A stretch of DNA of 20,000 nt, from sequence record DRR723986_5625; one strand, written 5' to 3'. Positions within the stretch are counted from its first letter, which is position 1. Each line of letters opens with the position of its first letter. Below are positions 15,300 through 20,000 of the stretch, in pieces. The position numbers and the translations under genes are program-made. The notes under the pieces were generated by a model, which saw only the letters and a program-made list of their open reading frames with translations, was not told the origin of the DNA and ran no database searches.

Positions 15300-16448
15300 G
15301 TGAACATAACAAGACCCCTGGCAACAGCCCTACACAGATTCCTGCTCGGCACCATGTTTCTTGCTGCCAGTGCATCCCACGCTGATTTTGCCCTGACCCC
15401 TGCGCTGGCGGTACCTGCCCCCGCCCAAAGTAATCTGGTGGACATGGCCTGGCAGGGACAGCGACTGTTCGTGGCCGGCGAGCGCGGTCTCATCGCCTAT
15501 AGCGTCGATGGTGGCGCGGGCTGGACTCAGGCCTCCGTGCCGGTTAGTGCGACCCTCACCGCGATTACCTTTACGCCTGGTGGCACCGGCTTCGCTGTCG
15601 GGCACGGGGGGGTAATCCTGCGCAGCGCAAACGGTGATACCTGGGAAACGGTGTTCACCGGTGATCGCGCCAGCGCCCAGTTCCTCGCCTGGGCGGAGGC
15701 TCGCGTAGCGGCACTGGAGGCGGAACTCGCGGCATTGGAAGCCGCCGATGACCCTGACCCGGATGCGCTTGAGGAAACGGAGTACGCCATTGAGGATGCG
15801 ATGTTCGCGGTTGATGATGCGCGCACCGCGCTAGAGACAGGACCGGCGGACCCATTCCTCGACGTGAAATTTCTCGATGATCGAACCGGTGTCGCGGTGG
15901 GTGCCTACGGCATGCTGTATCGCACCGAGGACGGTGGTGACAGCTGGCAGCTGGCTATCGACGACATTGACAACAGCGAGCGCTTTCACCTGTACAGCAT
16001 CGCTGTCGATCCCGGCGGCCGCCTGCACATCAGTGGCGAGGCGGGCCTGCTGTTTTACTCTGATGACCGTGGCCTGAGTTGGTCGCGCGCCTATGACGTC
16101 TACGATGGGAGCCTGTTCTCGCTGGTGGTTGCCGGCGATGACCTGTATGCCATCGGCCTGCGGGGCAATGTGTTTCGTTCCCGCGATGGCGGGGTCAGCT
16201 GGGCCAGCGTTACCCTGGAAGGGAGCGGCAGCCTGTACAACGGGGTGGTTACCGACAGCGGGGCACTGATTTTTGTCGGCACCGGTGGGCGCCTGGTGTT
16301 CAGCGACGACGATGGTGCCACCTTTGCCGAGCACACCCACCCGAGTCGCTCGGCGCTTGCCGATGTGGCGGTGCAGGGAGGCCGGCTGCTGTTGGCCGGC
16401 ATGTCCGGGTTCCTGGTTGTAGACCTCGAGGATTATGATGGCGACTGA
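15300..16448 (+). CDS. Secreted WD40/YVTN/BNR (Asp-box) repeat beta-propeller, YCF48-related
   Basis: Signal-peptide-like N-terminus. Repeated Asp-boxes SVDGGAGW, TEDGGDSW, SDDRGLSW, SRDGGVSW and SDDDGATF, plus AGERG, VGHGG and VGAYG. Confidence 0.88.
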   Translation: MNITRPLATALHRFLLGTMFLAASASHADFALTPALAVPAPAQSNLVDMAWQGQRLFVAGERGLIAYSVDGGAGWTQASVPVSATLTAITFTPGGTGFAVGHGGVILRSANGDTWETVFTGDRASAQFLAWAEARVAALEAELAALEAADDPDPDALEETEYAIEDAMFAVDDARTALETGPADPFLDVKFLDDRTGVAVGAYGMLYRTEDGGDSWQLAIDDIDNSERFHLYSIAVDPGGRLHISGEAGLLFYSDDRGLSWSRAYDVYDGSLFSLVVAGDDLYAIGLRGNVFRSRDGGVSWASVTLEGSGSLYNGVVTDSGALIFVGTGGRLVFSDDDGATFAEHTHPSRSALADVAVQGGRLLLAGMSGFLVVDLEDYDGD

Positions 16449-18825
16449 TCTCAGCCCCAACGTCGAACCGGAAGACGGGCGCTTACGCCCCTGGCTTGCG
16501 CAGCTGTTGCTGCGCATTCGCTGGCCGCTCATCGTGCTGTTCGGCGCGCTGACCCTGGTTTTCGGCTGGCAATCTTCGCAGCTGCGCCCGGACGCCAGTT
16601 TCGAAAAGATGATCCCCGTGTCGCACCCGTTCATCGTCAATTTCCTCGAGAACCGGGACGACCTGAAGGGCTTGGGCAACTCGGTGCGAATTATCGTCGA
16701 GACCACCGAAGGGGATATTTTCACTCCCGAGTTCCAGACCCTGCTGCGCGAGATCACCGACGAGGTGTTCTACATTCGCGGGGTTGATCGCTCGGCTCTG
16801 CAGTCGCTTTGGACGCCGACAGTTCGCTGGCAGGAAGTGACGGAGGAGGGCTTCGTCGGTGGCGCCGTGGTGCCCGATGATTACGATGATACCCAGCGTG
16901 CCGTCGACAAGTTGCGTGAGAACACGCTCAAGTCCGGACAGGTCGGGCGGCTGGTGGCGAACAATTTTAAATCCGCGGTAATCCTGGCGCAGCTCACCGA
17001 AACCGACCCGGACACTGGCGAGCGCCTCGACTACCAGGCGTTTTCCAGCGACCTGGAAGAGCTGGTGCGCAACAAGTACCAGAGCGACACGATTCGCATC
17101 CACATCACCGGTTTCGCCAAGCTGGTCGGCGACCTGATCGACGGTGCGACCCTGGTAGGTATTTTCTTCGGCATCGCCCTGGTAATCACCGCCGTACTGT
17201 TGTTCGGCTACTGCCGCTGCTGGCGGTTGACGATTTGCGGCCTGCTCTGTTCCATCGTCGCTGTTGTCTGGCAGCTGGGGCTGCTGCGCTTCATGGGCAT
17301 GGGACTGGATCCTTACTCCATGCTGGTTCCCTTCCTGGTATTTGCCGTCGGTATCAGCCATGCCTCGCAGATTATCAACCGGTTTGGCCTGTACGCGGCC
17401 CAGGGTGCTCCCCGGGATGAAGCCGCCCAGCTTACCTTTATCAAGATTTCCAAGCCGGGCTTTATCGCCCTGGTCAGTGACGGCGTGGGCTTTTTTACCC
17501 TGCGGGTCATCGACATACCGGTGATCCAGGAACTGGCTGTCGTCGCCAGTACCGGTATTGCCGTGCTGGTCGCGACCAACCTCATCCTGCTGCCACTGAT
17601 CCTGTCGCTGACCGGTATCAGCCCGGGCGGGGCCAGGCACCGCCAGGCCAAGGACGCGACCCCCCAGCGCCACTGGCGGATCTTATCCGGCGTGACCCGG
17701 CGCAAGCCGGCAATGATTATCCTGGTCGTCTCCCTCGGTTTGTTTGGGTTCGGGGTCTGGGGCGGTCAGTACCAGAAGATCGGTGACCTCGATGCCGGCG
17801 CGCCGGAGTTGCGGGCGGACTCCCGCTACAACAAGGACAACGCGTTCCTCACCGAGAACTACTCCACCAGTACCGATGTGCTGGTAGTCATGGCCCAGAC
17901 CGGCGAGCAGCAGTGCGGCAGCTATGAGTTTATCGACGCGCTGAACTTCTTCCAGGGTTATATGAGTGCCGTGCCGGGGGTGCAGTCCTCGGCATCCCTG
18001 GCCGATGTCTCCAAACTGGTTATCCAGGGGATGAACGAGGGTAATCCCAAGTGGCATGACCTGAGCCGCAACCGCTATATCCTCAATAACTCCCTGAGCC
18101 GGGCTCCCAGTGGCTTGCGCAATACGGACTGCTCAATGGCGCCGGTGATTTTCTTCCTCGATGATCATAAGGCCGATACCCTGACCACGGCGGTGAAAGC
18201 GGTGCAGACTTTCGAGGAGACCTACCCGACCGGCGCGGTCGACTTCGAACTGGCGGCGGGCAATGCCGGTGTCGAGGCAGCAACCAATATCGTGATCGAA
18301 CAGGCCCAGACCAAGATGTTGCTCTGGGTCTACGGTGTGGTCATCCTGCTGTGCCTGCTCAACTTCCGCTCGCTGCGGGTGACCCTGTGCATCATCCTGC
18401 CACTGATGCTGACCTCAGCGCTGGGGCAGGCGCTGATGGCCGGTCTCGGAATAGGGGTCAAGGTGGCGACCCTGCCGGTGATCGCCCTCGGTGTTGGTAT
18501 CGGGGTGGATTACGGGATCTATATATACTCGGCGCTGGAGTCTAACCGGCGTCGCGGTGATACCTTGCGCCAGGCCTATCTGTTGGCACTGATGTCCAGC
18601 GGCAGCGCCGTGGCCTTCACCGGGGTCACCCTGGCGATCGGGGTCGGCACCTGGATCTTTTCACCAATCAAGTTCCAGGCCGACATGGGCCTGATGCTCA
18701 CCTTCATGTTCTTCTGGAATATGATCGGTGCCCTGTTGTTGCTGCCGGCACTGGCCTGGCTATTCTATGATCGCAGTCATGGTGATCGGGCGGTAGCCGA
18801 CGCCGCCGCCGCTGCCGCGACCTGA
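16438..18825 (+). CDS. MMPL/RND family transporter permease
   Basis: About 795 aa in two repeats of TM plus periplasmic domain plus 5 TM. Motifs DASFEKMIP, LDPYSMLVPFL, GDLDAGAPELR and GIGVDYGIY. It overlaps the upstream stop. The GAGGA Shine-Dalgarno favours ATG 16438 over 16435. Confidence 0.92.
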   Translation: MATDLSPNVEPEDGRLRPWLAQLLLRIRWPLIVLFGALTLVFGWQSSQLRPDASFEKMIPVSHPFIVNFLENRDDLKGLGNSVRIIVETTEGDIFTPEFQTLLREITDEVFYIRGVDRSALQSLWTPTVRWQEVTEEGFVGGAVVPDDYDDTQRAVDKLRENTLKSGQVGRLVANNFKSAVILAQLTETDPDTGERLDYQAFSSDLEELVRNKYQSDTIRIHITGFAKLVGDLIDGATLVGIFFGIALVITAVLLFGYCRCWRLTICGLLCSIVAVVWQLGLLRFMGMGLDPYSMLVPFLVFAVGISHASQIINRFGLYAAQGAPRDEAAQLTFIKISKPGFIALVSDGVGFFTLRVIDIPVIQELAVVASTGIAVLVATNLILLPLILSLTGISPGGARHRQAKDATPQRHWRILSGVTRRKPAMIILVVSLGLFGFGVWGGQYQKIGDLDAGAPELRADSRYNKDNAFLTENYSTSTDVLVVMAQTGEQQCGSYEFIDALNFFQGYMSAVPGVQSSASLADVSKLVIQGMNEGNPKWHDLSRNRYILNNSLSRAPSGLRNTDCSMAPVIFFLDDHKADTLTTAVKAVQTFEETYPTGAVDFELAAGNAGVEAATNIVIEQAQTKMLLWVYGVVILLCLLNFRSLRVTLCIILPLMLTSALGQALMAGLGIGVKVATLPVIALGVGIGVDYGIYIYSALESNRRRGDTLRQAYLLALMSSGSAVAFTGVTLAIGVGTWIFSPIKFQADMGLMLTFMFFWNMIGALLLLPALAWLFYDRSHGDRAVADAAAAAAT

Positions 18826-18835
18826 AGGGGAGGGC

Positions 18836-19267
18836 TCAGGCGAGCCCGGCAACCTCGGCGTAAGTCATCCGCAGGGCCAGTACCACGCTGTTGAAGTACT
18901 CGGCTTCCGTGGCGGCCACCTGGCCATCTGATTTCAACACCTCGATCAACGCACTCACGATATCCTTGCGCTGCTGCAGGGACAGCTTGGGTGCCAGGCG
19001 GGTGATGTATTTTTCCAGCGGCGCCGCGGCGTAGAGATCCGAGCGCGAGACCACGGTGATGTCTTCCTTGGTGACGTCCTCGTCCAGATGGTGCTTGATC
19101 ACCCGCTGTACCGCCTCCAACTCCGCCGGATGGGCGTAGCAGTCGGCATCGGTGGCCCGGGCCAGGATCATCAGCATTAATTCGCGATAGGCCTCCTGGT
19201 CACCCTCTGACTGGTAGCCATCGAACAGTTTTCTGACGTAGCTGAGATCGATTTTGGACATAAACAT
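18836..19267 (-). CDS. TerB family (tellurite-resistance-like) protein
   Basis: Two TerB-type motifs, ARATDADCYAHPAE and EVLKSDGQVAATE, in an all-helical ~140 aa protein. The start may be ATG 19261. Confidence 0.75.
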   Translation of the reverse strand: MFMSKIDLSYVRKLFDGYQSEGDQEAYRELMLMILARATDADCYAHPAELEAVQRVIKHHLDEDVTKEDITVVSRSDLYAAAPLEKYITRLAPKLSLQQRKDIVSALIEVLKSDGQVAATEAEYFNSVVLALRMTYAEVAGLA

Positions 19268-19306
19268 TCCCTGCTTTCTTTAGCGCGCTAGCTCGCGCGG
19301 TGGTCT

Positions 19307-19316
19307 TGTTAGTATA
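19307..19316. promoter_or_regulatory. Possible divergent -10 elements (TATACT on -, TG-T-TAGTAT on +)
   Basis: The sequence TGTTAGTATA lies in the terB-like/yghU intergenic region. Motif match only. Confidence 0.35.
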
Positions 19317-19499
19317 GGGCAAATCAAGCGATATGCGATGGCGAAGATCGAATCGCAGTGGTCGCTGGCGATGACTAGCGTTAGGATAGCGGAGGTTTAT
19401 CGCGTCGTCGCTTTCACCGGACCATGGTCGGGTAGATTCGGGCTCAGCGGCCGGGAATCGACGAACCCCAGACACCATCAGACAGGAACAGAAGCCGCT

Positions 19500-20000
19500 A
19501 TGAGTGACGAATCTGGCTACACCCCACCGGCCGTGTGGAAAATGGAAACTGACGTCGGCGGGCGTTTTGCCAGTATCAACCGCCCGGTGTCCGGCGCGAC
19601 CCACGAGAAGGTATTACCGCGCGGCGAACATCCGCTGCAGCTCTATTCCCTGGCAACGCCCAACGGAATCAAGGTGACCGTGCTGCTGGAAGAACTGCTG
19701 GCCCTGGGGATCTCGGGCGCCGAGTACGATGCCTACCTGATCAATATTCTCGACGGCGACCAGTTCGGCAGTGGATTCGTGGAGATCAATCCGAACTCCA
19801 AGATTCCGGCGCTTGTGGATTACAGCAACGACAAGCCAACCCGGGTTTTCGAATCCGGCGCCATCCTTGTCTACCTGGCAGAAAAATTCGGGGCTTTTCT
19901 GCCCACTGAGCCATCCCAGCGGGCGGAGTGCCTGTCCTGGGTATTCTGGCAGATGGGCAGCACGCCCTACCTGGGCGGCGGCTTCGGCCACTTCTATGCC
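19500..20000 (+). CDS. yghU: Glutathione-dependent disulfide-bond oxidoreductase (Nu-class GST), 3' end beyond the window edge
   Basis: Not in the ORF track. Manual translation: MSDESGYTPPAVWKW...FASINRPVSGATHEKVLPRGEHPLQLYSLATPNGIKVT...INPNSKIPAL...FESGAIL...WQMGSTPYLGGGFGHFYA, which matches YghU. Confidence 0.95.
   Translation, partial: MSDESGYTPPAVWKMETDVGGRFASINRPVSGATHEKVLPRGEHPLQLYSLATPNGIKVTVLLEELLALGISGAEYDAYLINILDGDQFGSGFVEINPNSKIPALVDYSNDKPTRVFESGAILVYLAEKFGAFLPTEPSQRAECLSWVFWQMGSTPYLGGGFGHFYA

Noticed and set aside
15300..16448. YCF48 as a photosystem II assembly factor linked to bciA
   Set aside because: The similarity reflects generic Asp-box repeats. Pairing with MMPL is the common proteobacterial arrangement, and no PSII genes are present.
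18796..18820. GCC-rich microsatellite-like run
   Set aside because: It simply encodes the Ala-rich C-terminal tail of the MMPL protein.
18836..19267. Tellurite-resistance or anti-phage ter operon
   Set aside because: No terZ/A/C/D/E-like genes occur in the window.
19200..19991. Track ORFs 19200..19604 (-) and 19614..19991 (-)
   Set aside because: They are antisense to yghU or overlap the terB-like gene, and show no motifs.
1..20000. CRISPR array, tRNA/rRNA, IS/integrase, prophage or retron-like elements
   Set aside because: No spaced direct repeats, RNA gene signatures, transposase, integrase or reverse transcriptase motifs were seen by eye, and intergenic gaps are all under about 250 bp.

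Overview
GC-rich, gene-dense bacterial chromosomal region of about 17 CDS. Gene content resembles a marine gammaproteobacterium such as the Halieaceae/NOR5-OM60 group (inference). No rRNA, tRNA, CRISPR or mobile element was seen. Left to right: (1) a minus-strand cluster of MBL-fold alkyl-sulfatase-like enzyme, sulfotransferase, SDR and BtrH_N/DUF4872 protein (cut by the left edge), divergent from a penicillin/cephalosporin-acylase-family Ntn hydrolase; (2) a minus-strand run of D-aminoacylase-like amidohydrolase, MOSC protein, HAD hydrolase and a translationally coupled DevB/DevC/DevA-type ABC exporter whose ATPase carries a C-terminal TerB-like domain; (3) a plus-strand run of bciA-like 8-vinyl reductase, HD-domain protein, YCF48/BNR-repeat protein and MMPL/RND transporter; (4) a stand-alone TerB-family gene divergent from yghU (cut by the right edge). 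The most unusual features are the DevA-TerB fusion, the sulfotransferase/variant-sulfatase/acylase cluster, and the bciA-like gene with no other photosynthesis gene in the window.
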